64,000 nt of DNA from Acidobacteriota bacterium. Its GTDB lineage: Bacteria; Acidobacteriota; UBA6911. The notes beneath the pieces were generated by a model that was not told where the DNA came from, made no database searches, and saw only the letters and a list, made by a program, of their open reading frames with translations. The first letter of the stretch is position 1. Each line of letters begins with the position of its first letter. Position numbers and translations under genes: made by a program. Positions 1 to 8,665 of the stretch are shown here, piece after piece. The stretch spans positions 3,520,001 to 3,584,000 of the forward strand of contig OY761556.1 of the NCBI GenBank assembly GCA_963664705.1. The letters are read 5' to 3'.

Positions 1-587
1 CCCTGGAAGGAGCGGCATCCCAGGGGGCAGCCACCGAGTTGGTTCATCTCTATGACCTTTCATTCCGTGGTTGTATCAGTTGCTTTTCCTGCAAGACACG
101 AGGTGGCGCCAGCTATGGCCGCTGCGGATTCAAAGATGGCCTGTCACCCTTGCTGGACAAAATCCTGGCCTCTGATGTCCTCCTGCTGGGATCCCCGATT
201 TATTTTGGAACCGTGACCGGAGAGATGCAGTCGTTCCAGGAACGCCTTCAGTTCCCGTTCCTGACCTACACGGACCCTCCGGCATCCATCTACCCGGGCA
301 AAATCAGGACAGGCTTTATCTATACCTTTGGCGCCGATGAGGCCATGGCCAAAGAGCGCGGCTTCTCTGCACGGATTGAGGCAAACGAATTTATCCTGAA
401 AATGATATTTGGGAATTGCGAATCGCTCTGCAGCTACGATACCTACCAGTTCGAAGATTACAGTAAGGTTTTTGCTCCGCGCTGGGATCCGGAGAAAAAG
501 GCAAAACGAAAGGCGGAGGTTTTTCCTGAGGATTGCCGGCTCGCATTCGAGATGGGCAAAAGGCTGGCTTCCGGCGAGCCCGTGTAG
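1..587 (+). CDS. Flavodoxin family protein (NADPH-dependent FMN reductase / iron-sulfur flavoprotein-like), 5' end outside the window
   Basis: Frame is open from the window edge (LEGAASQGAATELVHLYDL). Has GCISCFSCK...C Cys cluster and LLLGSPIYFG flavodoxin motif. Confidence 0.85.
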   Translation, partial: LEGAASQGAATELVHLYDLSFRGCISCFSCKTRGGASYGRCGFKDGLSPLLDKILASDVLLLGSPIYFGTVTGEMQSFQERLQFPFLTYTDPPASIYPGKIRTGFIYTFGADEAMAKERGFSARIEANEFILKMIFGNCESLCSYDTYQFEDYSKVFAPRWDPEKKAKRKAEVFPEDCRLAFEMGKRLASGEPV

Positions 588-608
588 CATTCCTGAATTT
601 GCGATCAA

Positions 609-651
609 GCAATGCTGGGAACTCCCGCATGAGCGGCGCTCCCAGCATTGC
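609..651. terminator. Inverted repeat between convergent genes, probable terminator
   Basis: GCAATGCTGGGA (609-620) / TCCCAGCATTGC (640-651) between the flavodoxin and hydG stops. Confidence 0.55.
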
Positions 652-659
652 GCCCAGTC

Positions 660-2066
660 TTAGAAGTAGATATCTCTTTTACCGCCGTCGATGTCGACGA
701 TCGCCTGCCCCATGCGTTCCTTCAGATCATTACTGTCAAGCCCGGCAAGGATCTCCCTGATCAGTTTGTCTCCATTCGATTTTGTCTCAGGCGAAGCAAA
801 ATCATTCAGGTACTCCCTGAAGGTGAACACTGCATTCGGCATGCAGAACTGCTTGATAAGGCCCGGCTTGGCAAGATCCATAAAATCATTCCCGACGCGT
901 CCCTTGCGATAGCAGCCGGTACAGAATGAGGGGATGTATCCTTTCTCCACAATGGAGTTGATAACTTCCTGAAGACTGCGGTGATCTCCAAGGGCAAACT
1001 GGCTCCCGGTGCCGGTATCATGGCTATAGGCACCGGGATTGGTACGGGATCCGGCCGATATCTGGCTCACGCCATAGTTGAACAGCTCGGTGCGCATCTC
1101 CTCGTTTTCGCGGGTGCTCAAAATAATTCCGGTATAGGGAAGAGCGATGCGAATGATGGCAATGATCTTCTTGAAATCAGCGTCGCTGACCGGCTGCGGC
1201 ACATGCGCGGCCAAGGGCGCATTTTCCGCCGGCTCGATGCGCGGGAAGCTTACCGTATGGGGCCCGCAGCCGTACAGAGTCTCGAGGTGAGCCGCGTGTT
1301 CCATGATTGCCAGGATTTCAAACCGGTAATCCGCAAGCCCGAAGAGCACGCCGATGCCGACGTCGCTGATGCCACCCTCCATGGCGCGATCCATGACGGT
1401 AACACGATATTCATAATCCGATTTGGGAGCGCCCTTTGGATGATATTTCTTATACATCACGGGGTCGTAGGTTTCCTGGAAACAAACGTACGTGCCGATC
1501 TTTTCCGCCTTCAGCCTGGCGAAATCCGCCACTTCCATTGGCGCAAGCTCAAGATTGATGCGCCGTACATAATTCTTCCCTTCGCGAACGGCGTAGGAAG
1601 TGCGGATGGCCTCGCACATGTAATCCGTATCGTTCTGTGCGCTCTCCCCGCATATCAGCAGGATCCGCTTATGGCCCTCAAGGAGGAGCGTACGAACTTC
1701 CTGCTCGATCTCCTTCATGTCGAGGATTTTTCGCTTCAGCGAGGTATTGCTCTTGCGAAAGGCACAATAAACGCAGTTGTTGTCGCAGACATTGCCGGTA
1801 TAAAGGGGGGCGAACAGAACCAGCCGCTTGCCGTAGATCTCTTCCTTGACGCGGTGCGCGCAGTCCATGATCTTCCGGATCTGCACGGGATCTTCGACAA
1901 CAAGAAGCGATGCGACATCATCGAGTGATAATCCCTTGAGCTGATCCGCCCTATTCAGGATTTCGTCTATATTCCCAGCAGCCGTTTTCTTCTGCTCGAG
2001 AAGTCCATAGAGTTTGTCGCGGTCAATGAAGCCCTTTTCTTTCTCATGCCTGCTCGCCGAAATCAT
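660..2066 (-). CDS. hydG: [FeFe]-hydrogenase H-cluster radical SAM maturase HydG
   Basis: LFAPLY..N.CDNNCVYC radical SAM motif, FQETY motif, and C-terminal SFCTGCYR...FC (CX2CX22C) auxiliary cluster motif that separates HydG from ThiH. Confidence 0.88.
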   Translation of the reverse strand: MISASRHEKEKGFIDRDKLYGLLEQKKTAAGNIDEILNRADQLKGLSLDDVASLLVVEDPVQIRKIMDCAHRVKEEIYGKRLVLFAPLYTGNVCDNNCVYCAFRKSNTSLKRKILDMKEIEQEVRTLLLEGHKRILLICGESAQNDTDYMCEAIRTSYAVREGKNYVRRINLELAPMEVADFARLKAEKIGTYVCFQETYDPVMYKKYHPKGAPKSDYEYRVTVMDRAMEGGISDVGIGVLFGLADYRFEILAIMEHAAHLETLYGCGPHTVSFPRIEPAENAPLAAHVPQPVSDADFKKIIAIIRIALPYTGIILSTRENEEMRTELFNYGVSQISAGSRTNPGAYSHDTGTGSQFALGDHRSLQEVINSIVEKGYIPSFCTGCYRKGRVGNDFMDLAKPGLIKQFCMPNAVFTFREYLNDFASPETKSNGDKLIREILAGLDSNDLKERMGQAIVDIDGGKRDIYF

Positions 2067-2322
2067 GGTCGTTCTCCTTATAATTCGTGAGAACGGATTT
2101 CACCTGGATTCCCTTAAGCCTTCCGATCTTGCCGGTAGCGGAGCCGATCTGGTCCGTAGTCCCCTCTACGATGAGGGAGATAACACTGACGCCATGATCG
2201 CGAAGAGGCATTCCCTGTCGGCCGAGCACGATATCACTGTAGGCTGAAATGATGGTATTGAGCTGCGGGATGCTCGACTTGTCATTGACGAGTATTGCAA
2301 TAACGCCGATTCTCTTCTCCAT
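2044..2322 (-). CDS. TM1266-family iron-only hydrogenase system putative regulator (ACT-like)
   Basis: 92 aa; MEKRIGVIAI...IVLGRQGMP...VSVISLIVEG....IGSATGKIGRLKGIQVKS; overlaps the hydG start. Confidence 0.85.
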   Translation of the reverse strand: MEKRIGVIAILVNDKSSIPQLNTIISAYSDIVLGRQGMPLRDHGVSVISLIVEGTTDQIGSATGKIGRLKGIQVKSVLTNYKENDHDFGEQA

Positions 2323-2505
2323 CAGAAAAAACCTCTGGGTCAGAACGCTGCTTAGGGTCCTCGAAAAAGATGAATCCGTTTCTCAGACGGCGTAAGTATT
2401 GCACATAGCTAAGAATTGTCCAATGGGGAAAAGGCGGAAAATCGCAGGGTAGGAAGTGGGTTTCAGGCGGCGCCGTTCAAACTCAGGATCACATCCTGAC
2501 GGCGC

Positions 2506-2557
2506 ACAAAGATCAATGCGGGTTTTGAGGATTCCTCGATGCCGCATTGATCTTTGT
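2506..2557. repeat. 16-bp perfect inverted repeat in the dcp-TM1266 intergenic region
   Basis: ACAAAGATCAATGCGG (2506-2521) / CCGCATTGATCTTTGT (2542-2557). Confidence 0.7.
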
Positions 2558-2706
2558 ATACCGAATCAGACAATTTTGCGTTTATCTTTTCTTATAGGTT
2601 TTGTCGTACATTGCGGGCATTCCACCGTCCGCTGTAATAACACGTCTCCTGTTTGGGTTATAACAATGCCGTTCTGACTAACGCCGCAGACTCGACAAAA
2701 AAGATA

Positions 2707-4839
2707 TCATTGACCCCTGCCTGTTCGCGGCGACTCGAGCGCAGGCTTGAGCCCGCGTTCAATCAGCAGCGGCTCCACACTGGCATCACGGCCGCGAAAG
2801 GCCCGATACATCTCTGCGGAATCCATCTGTCCACCGCGGGAAAGGATCTTATCGCGGAATTGTTGCCCGTTCTTGCGATTCAATCCGCCCTTCTCCTTAA
2901 ACCAATAGTAGGCATCCTGGTCGATAACCTCGCTCCAGAGGTAGGCATAATAGCCGGCGGAATATCCGCCCGACCAGATGTGTGAGAAGTATGGCGTATG
3001 ATACCGCGGTGGGATTTCGTCCAGGTTGACCTTGTATTTTGCCAAGGCGGTTTTCTCGAATTCCGCCGCATTCTGAAGCGGCGAATCGGCTGCCAGCAGA
3101 TGCCACTCCATATCGATCAGTGCGGCCGCCGCATATTCGGTGGTCGCAAATCCCTGGTTGAAGGTTCCGGCCTTTTTCTTTTTTTCAATCAACGCCTTAG
3201 GCATCGCATCGCCGGTTTTGTAATGTTTGGCATAGTTTTCAAACACGGTCGGATCTTCGGCCCAATGTTCGTTGAACTGGGACGGAACCTCGACGAAGTC
3301 GCGCGGCATTCGGCCCGCGTAGGTTGCGGTTGAAAATATGCTGGCCAATGCGTGGCCGAACTCGTGAAACAGGGTTTCGACCTGATCCGAAGTCAGAAGC
3401 GCTGGTTGACCCGGAGCCGGTTTGGGAATATTGAGGTTGTTCGTGACGACGGGACTGGTCCTAAGAAGTTTGCTGGCGCTGACGAATCCGCTGCTCCACG
3501 CCCCGCCGGCTTTTCCGGAGCGCGCAAAATAATCGCCATAGAACAGAGCCAGCGGCGAGCCGTCTTTGTCAAAGACCTCCCACACCTTTACATCGGGATG
3601 GTAAACGGGAATATCACTCCTGACCCTGAATGTGATGCCATACATCTTTGTTGCCGCAAAGAAAACTCCGTCGCGGATGACGCGCTCGAGTTCAAAGTAG
3701 GGACGAAGCTGCTGTTCATCAATGTCATAATCGGCCTTGCGCACCAGCTCGGCATAGTACTGCCAGTCCCACGGAGCCAGCTTGAAGCCCGCCTTCTGTC
3801 CGTCAATGAGTTGCTGCATGCGGGCGGCTTCGCTTCTGGCCTTGGCGGTGGCGGCCGGAGCAATATCGGTCAACAGCCGGATGGCATTTTCCGGTGTTTT
3901 CGCCATCTGCTCCTCCAGGCCATAGGCGGCAAAATTTTTGTATCCCAGAAGCCGCGATCGCTGCGCCCGGAGCTGAGCGATGCGGGCCGCGATCGACGTC
4001 GTATCGTTTTCGCCGCCAAGACACCGCTCGCTGGAGGCTTTAAAGAGTTTCGCGCGCGTATCCCGATTCTTCAGATAGGCCATGGCCGGCTGCTGCGTTG
4101 TGTTCTGCAGCGCAAGCACCCACTTGCCGGCAAGATTCTTCTCTTTGGCCTTCTCCGCTGCACCGGCGATATCGCTTTCAGGCAGCCCTTCGAGCAGCGT
4201 CACATCGTCGACCACCAGCGCTTTGGCATTTGTCTCAGCAAGAACCTTCTTCCGGAATTCGTTGGACAGTTCCGAAACCTCTCGATTGATGGCGCGGAGG
4301 CTTGTCTTATCGGCTTCGGAAAGAAGTGCACCGGAACGAACGAATTCCTTGTAGTAGCGCTCCACTACGTATTTTTGCTCCGCTGTCAGCTTTGACCGGT
4401 TGCGGTCATCATAGATTGTCTTGATGCGCTGAAACAGCTTTGCGTTGAGGTTGATCGCGTCGTTATGCGCCGCCTGTTTCGGAGCCAGCTCAGTCTGCGC
4501 CTTTTGCAGCAAAGGGTTCGTATTGGATTGGGTAATGCCGCTGAAAACACGCGCAACACGGCGCAGCAACGCGCCGGATTTTTCCAATGCCGCAATCGTG
4601 TTTTCAAATGTTGGAGGCGCAGTATTCCCCGCAATCGCCTCCACCTCCGCCAGCTCCTGTTTCATTCCCTCTTCCATGGCCGGCTGATAATCGGGATCTT
4701 TGATTTTGTCGAATGGCGGCGCGTGGTATGGAAGCGAACTCTCTTTGAAAAATGGGTTATCGTTCCCGGGTGCCTGAGCCAGCGCCAGTGCGGGGATTGT
4801 AGAACAGGCAAGGATAAGGACTATTTTTATCAAGCTCAT
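2707..4839 (-). CDS. dcp: M3 family metallopeptidase (peptidyl-dipeptidase Dcp-like) with signal peptide
   Basis: TLFHEFGH zinc motif, PRDFVEVPSQFNEHWA, YFSHIWSGGYSAGYYAYLWSEV; N-terminal signal peptide. Confidence 0.9.
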   Translation of the reverse strand: MSLIKIVLILACSTIPALALAQAPGNDNPFFKESSLPYHAPPFDKIKDPDYQPAMEEGMKQELAEVEAIAGNTAPPTFENTIAALEKSGALLRRVARVFSGITQSNTNPLLQKAQTELAPKQAAHNDAINLNAKLFQRIKTIYDDRNRSKLTAEQKYVVERYYKEFVRSGALLSEADKTSLRAINREVSELSNEFRKKVLAETNAKALVVDDVTLLEGLPESDIAGAAEKAKEKNLAGKWVLALQNTTQQPAMAYLKNRDTRAKLFKASSERCLGGENDTTSIAARIAQLRAQRSRLLGYKNFAAYGLEEQMAKTPENAIRLLTDIAPAATAKARSEAARMQQLIDGQKAGFKLAPWDWQYYAELVRKADYDIDEQQLRPYFELERVIRDGVFFAATKMYGITFRVRSDIPVYHPDVKVWEVFDKDGSPLALFYGDYFARSGKAGGAWSSGFVSASKLLRTSPVVTNNLNIPKPAPGQPALLTSDQVETLFHEFGHALASIFSTATYAGRMPRDFVEVPSQFNEHWAEDPTVFENYAKHYKTGDAMPKALIEKKKKAGTFNQGFATTEYAAAALIDMEWHLLAADSPLQNAAEFEKTALAKYKVNLDEIPPRYHTPYFSHIWSGGYSAGYYAYLWSEVIDQDAYYWFKEKGGLNRKNGQQFRDKILSRGGQMDSAEMYRAFRGRDASVEPLLIERGLKPALESPRTGRGQ

Positions 4840-4872
4840 ATCTGATTCCTATCGGGTGACTTGATCTGCAGT

Positions 4873-4936
4873 TGTGCAATTCGTGAAATTCGTGGCGGAA
4901 GGAGTTCCAGGCGCCACTGATTTCACGAATTGCACA
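4873..4936. repeat. REP-like palindrome / terminator after selenoprotein paralog 1
   Basis: TGTGCAATTCGTGAAAT (4873-4889) / ATTTCACGAATTGCACA (4920-4936); related palindrome at 60613-60657. Confidence 0.65.
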
Positions 4937-4943
4937 GGTTTCA

Positions 4944-6629
4944 CTATCTCCACTTATCGATCTGGACGGATTGGCTTGGCACCATGCCGCCCATGCTGAA
5001 GTAGTTGTTGTTCGATCCGCCCGTAACGACTACGGTGAAGGTTCCGCCGGCGTAGCGCTGTCCGCTGTTGGGTGGCGGCGGGTTGGGATTGGATCCGGCT
5101 TTGACATAATCCGTAAATTTTTCGACGGAGTCATACCCGGCATCCTTCACAAAATTGGCGATTGGAGGACTCAGAACCGCAAACGTTCCAAACAGCGAAC
5201 CATCCTGCGAGTTGTAAATATCTTTGATGATCTTGGGGTAGTTCATCTGTGTGCCCCAAACGTTGTCGGCCCAGTTCTTGGCAGAGAGGACGCCCCAACC
5301 GTTGAACAGAGTAATGATATTTTCATTCTTCTTGAAGCCGCGTCTGACGGAGAGCGGCTGAAATGGAGAATCCCGTTCATTTTCGGCAATGATGATGTTG
5401 ATCAGATTCATGGGATTTCCGACGGTCCCCATATAGGTCGTCCCTACCTTGCCGCAGTTCCCGCCGTTGATGGAAAGCAGGTTCCAGGCTCGTCCAATGG
5501 TTGTATTGGCATGGGCGTAGGGCCCCATGGCACCGATTTCATAGTTCAATCCGATCTCATCGCGAATTGAACCATTAATGACCGCACCGGATACAAAGCC
5601 GTTATCCGAAACGGAAATGCCTTCCATTCCGGTAGAGCCGATCGCGAGAATAATCGGGAAATATTCCGGCGCCGCCCCTGCCATCACCGCGTTGACGGCA
5701 GCATCTTTGACCGTATAGGTCCAAGTCTCGAAGACGCCAGCAGTCGGCCCCATCTTCCCAAGCACTTCGTCAGGGCGATGACTGGTCGCCTTCAGCATCT
5801 CATTGACCTTTTCCTCCGTCGGCATGACTACAGGCAGAAAGTCGGTATATCGCTTCTGAAGAAACACTTTCTGCAGTTCGTCAGCCGTGCCACTGAATGT
5901 GGCGGGTCCCTTGTCGCGAACCATCTGCCCGGATTTCTGATCTTCCGCGGATAGCGGTTTGGTGAGTTTGTCGACAATTTCCTGCATCACCGGCTTGCCG
6001 GTGAGCGGGTTGTTCCCCAGAACAACATCGCGGCGCAACTGTTCACGCGTCTTTCCCCAAATTGGGCCGCGGATATATTGGATGCGCATGCCCGGCATCC
6101 CCGCAGTTAAGGCAACTTCCTTTAATTGCTTATCAAAACTTGAAACCACGATGGGAACGGCGGGCTTTTTAATGGTGGATTCGAAGTCGATCGAAAGCCT
6201 GGTGACCCCAGGCGCACACACGCTTCAATGCCCGAGGGCGATGACCATGGCATCGGCCTTCTGTTTCATCTCGGCCCACAGCGCGGGATCCGGCTGAGCC
6301 ATGAATGTGGCTTTTTTCACATAATGGAAATTTGTTTTCGGATAAGCTTCTTTGAATCCTTTTTCAAATTCAAAGAGCAGATTATCCGATCCGGGATATC
6401 CGTCATCAACCAGATAGATAGTCTTGCCATCCATGGTATTCAGGCGAGGCGCCATCGGCTTCAATTCCAGCGGAGGTGGCGTGCCCAAGGGGTTGAGCAC
6501 CGTAATAACGGATTCTGCAGACTTCTTTGCCGCAGTCTTCACCTGAGCCTGGCCGCTCAAAATCGAGTAACTGCAAAACAGGCACAGGCACAGTACTGCA
6601 ATGAAAAACACAGTCGTATGCCGCTTCAT
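4944..6629 (-). CDS. Exported UGSC-like selenoprotein paralog 1 (561 aa; TGA at 6227-6225 read as Sec, U135, motif GH-U-SVC)
   Basis: ORFs 6225..6800 and 4944..6221 are in the same frame, separated only by TGA-AGC. Read-through gives DAMVIALGH-U-SVCAPGV. ATG at 6629 follows AAGGAGG; signal peptide; hairpin after the UGA; three paralogs have the same TGA. Confidence 0.85.
6197..6213 (-). promoter_or_regulatory. Putative bacterial SECIS element (paralog 1)
   Basis: mRNA UGA-N11-GCCUGG[GGUCA]CCAGGC: 6-bp stem starting at +12, loop beginning with G. Confidence 0.7.
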
Positions 6630-6812
6630 TCCTCGATCCTCCTTGTTGTAGTTTGACGAACTCAAGTGATTCAAGCCGGAGTGCGAGTGGCTTTCATCGC
6701 TTGGCATACTGCTTTGAGGCAACCAAATGCTTGATAAATCACGGTTATCAAATGCGTTTCCATGCTGCAAATCCCATGCACAGCATAGAAAATTTGACAA
6801 AATGCCGATGCG

Positions 6813-7499
6813 CTATTGCAGGACGTACTCTCCGCCCGGCTTAACGGCAACCGCTTTTCTCCCTGCCGCCTCGACCTTTTTGACGAATTCATCCGGGTCG
6901 GCATTGATGACATCGAAGGTCTTGTAATGCATGGGAATATTGACCCCGGCCCTAAGATAACCGGTTGCATGAACGGCGTCGTCGATGCCCATGGTGAAGT
7001 TGTCCCCGATCGGGAGCAATGCGGCATCCAGCGGACCCCAGACCTCGCCAATCATCCGCATATCCATAAACAGGCCGGTATCGCCGGCGTGATACACCTT
7101 TTTGCCGCCCATCGTCAACACGATCCCCACGGGGTTGCCCAGTGCTTCGCCGTTCGGGCCGGAGGAACCGTGATGGGCAACCGTCAGTTTTACGTGGCCG
7201 AAGGAAAACTGGTGGCCGCCGCCGATATGCATCGGATGGCCTTTACAGCCCTGGGCACCGAGGTAATTGACAATTTCAAAATTGGATACAACAAGGGCTC
7301 CGGTTTTCTTTGCAATGGCAGCGGCGTCCCCCAGGTGATCGCCATGGCCATGAGTCACGAGGATGGCATCCAGTCTGGTAAACTGATCCGCCGTGACATC
7401 GGCCAGAGGGTTCCCGCTGAGAAATGGGTCGATCAATACCCGATGAGTCCCATCGTCGAATTCCCAGCAATCGTGTCCGTGGTATCGCAGCTTTAGCAT
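6813..7499 (-). CDS. Metal-dependent hydrolase, metallo-beta-lactamase fold (UPF0173-like)
   Basis: LIDPFLSGNP, THGHGDH, YHAGDTGLF, LLPIGDNFTMG, IPMHY motifs. Confidence 0.9.
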   Translation of the reverse strand: MLKLRYHGHDCWEFDDGTHRVLIDPFLSGNPLADVTADQFTRLDAILVTHGHGDHLGDAAAIAKKTGALVVSNFEIVNYLGAQGCKGHPMHIGGGHQFSFGHVKLTVAHHGSSGPNGEALGNPVGIVLTMGGKKVYHAGDTGLFMDMRMIGEVWGPLDAALLPIGDNFTMGIDDAVHATGYLRAGVNIPMHYKTFDVINADPDEFVKKVEAAGRKAVAVKPGGEYVLQ

Positions 7500-7536
7500 A
7501 GCAACATCTCCTTTGTTTGATCCTTGGACAATTATA

Positions 7537-8517
7537 CTATCTCAGGCCCTGAACAATTCTCTTCTCAAAAGCTTCGCGGATCAGTCGGTCATCGCGCGAA
7601 GAGGCAGCGATTCGGATCTGCTCACGGCTGTCGGGGTTGATGCCATACACGGCCAAAGCCTCAATCGCCGCAATGGCGTTATCCCGATGCTCGCTCCGTA
7701 GGACTTCAAGGAGCATGGCAAAAGCATCATTGCTGCGGGTCAGGGCGATCGGCAGGAGCAGGGTACGCTTGATCGATGGCAGGACATTGCGCTCCCGGAA
7801 ATCCCGCAAAATTCCGAAGGCTTCCTTGAGCCGGGAATTCCCGATGGCCAGGGCGGCCTCATCCGCGACCTGTGGGTCCTCCGCCTCGAGGAACTGCTCG
7901 GCAAATTTCAGTGAGCGTGCCGGAGAAATGGCCAATAAGCCGCTCAGGCAATCGCCCAGAATTTCGGGCTCCGTGTCGCCCTGGAGGGCCTTCATCCGCA
8001 ACAGCATCTCGCTCACTTCGCGACCCAAATCCGTAAGAACTCTGACCGCAGCACGCCGCGGTGCGGTCTTGCTGTCCATCAAAAGGGTAACCATTTCGCA
8101 CAACAGCTCAGGATGTCCCAGGCGGTACAGCCCGAAGGCGCATGCGGCGCGCAGAAGCTCAGCCGTATCGACGGGCGGGCCAAAAGAAGGTTCCAATTGA
8201 ATGTGACGAATGCCCCGCAGCAGCACATCAGCGTCGGGGCAATCAAGAGCGTTCAGGGTTTCAACCGCCGCCAGTTTGGCATGGCAGCCGGGATCCGTTT
8301 TGACGGGATTCTGAAGATATCGATGAAACGCGGCAGCAATCTCAGGTTTCAGATCGCGCAAGCCCCATTTGGCGGCGATCCGCGCTCCTTTTGCAGCCAA
8401 TAGACTGCTGGAACCGGCCAATGCCTGGCGTAACTCAAGGAGCCCGTCTGGAGACGGGTTCTCCAACTCGAGCCGCTTTAGTCGGGCCAGTTTCTCATCA
8501 AATGATTGCCGGGCCAT
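7537..8517 (-). CDS. HEAT-repeat protein
   Basis: Leu/Ala-rich helical repeats (DPGCHAKLAAVETL, RRAAVRVL, VADEAALAIG, AIAAIEAL). Confidence 0.7.
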   Translation of the reverse strand: MARQSFDEKLARLKRLELENPSPDGLLELRQALAGSSSLLAAKGARIAAKWGLRDLKPEIAAAFHRYLQNPVKTDPGCHAKLAAVETLNALDCPDADVLLRGIRHIQLEPSFGPPVDTAELLRAACAFGLYRLGHPELLCEMVTLLMDSKTAPRRAAVRVLTDLGREVSEMLLRMKALQGDTEPEILGDCLSGLLAISPARSLKFAEQFLEAEDPQVADEAALAIGNSRLKEAFGILRDFRERNVLPSIKRTLLLPIALTRSNDAFAMLLEVLRSEHRDNAIAAIEALAVYGINPDSREQIRIAASSRDDRLIREAFEKRIVQGLR

Positions 8518-8579
8518 AACGCTGGTATAATGCAGGAAAAATCAGGAAAGGTAAATCTTTCCAAGGTGTCGCGGGTTTC

Positions 8580-8624
8580 TGATTCCAGATTCCAGATTCC
8601 AGTGCAGATTGCAGATTCCAGACT
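8580..8624. repeat. Heptamer tandem repeat (CAGATTC)n
   Basis: gattccagattccagattccagtgcagattgcagattccagac in the intergenic region. Confidence 0.7.
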
Positions 8625-8665
8625 TTCGTTCGCGCTCTTACCGTCGCTGTCTTCTTATCCGCACT

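Noticed and set aside
660-2066. Annotation as thiH
   Set aside because: The C-terminal CX2CX22C motif and TM1266 neighbour favour HydG, and no thi genes are nearby.
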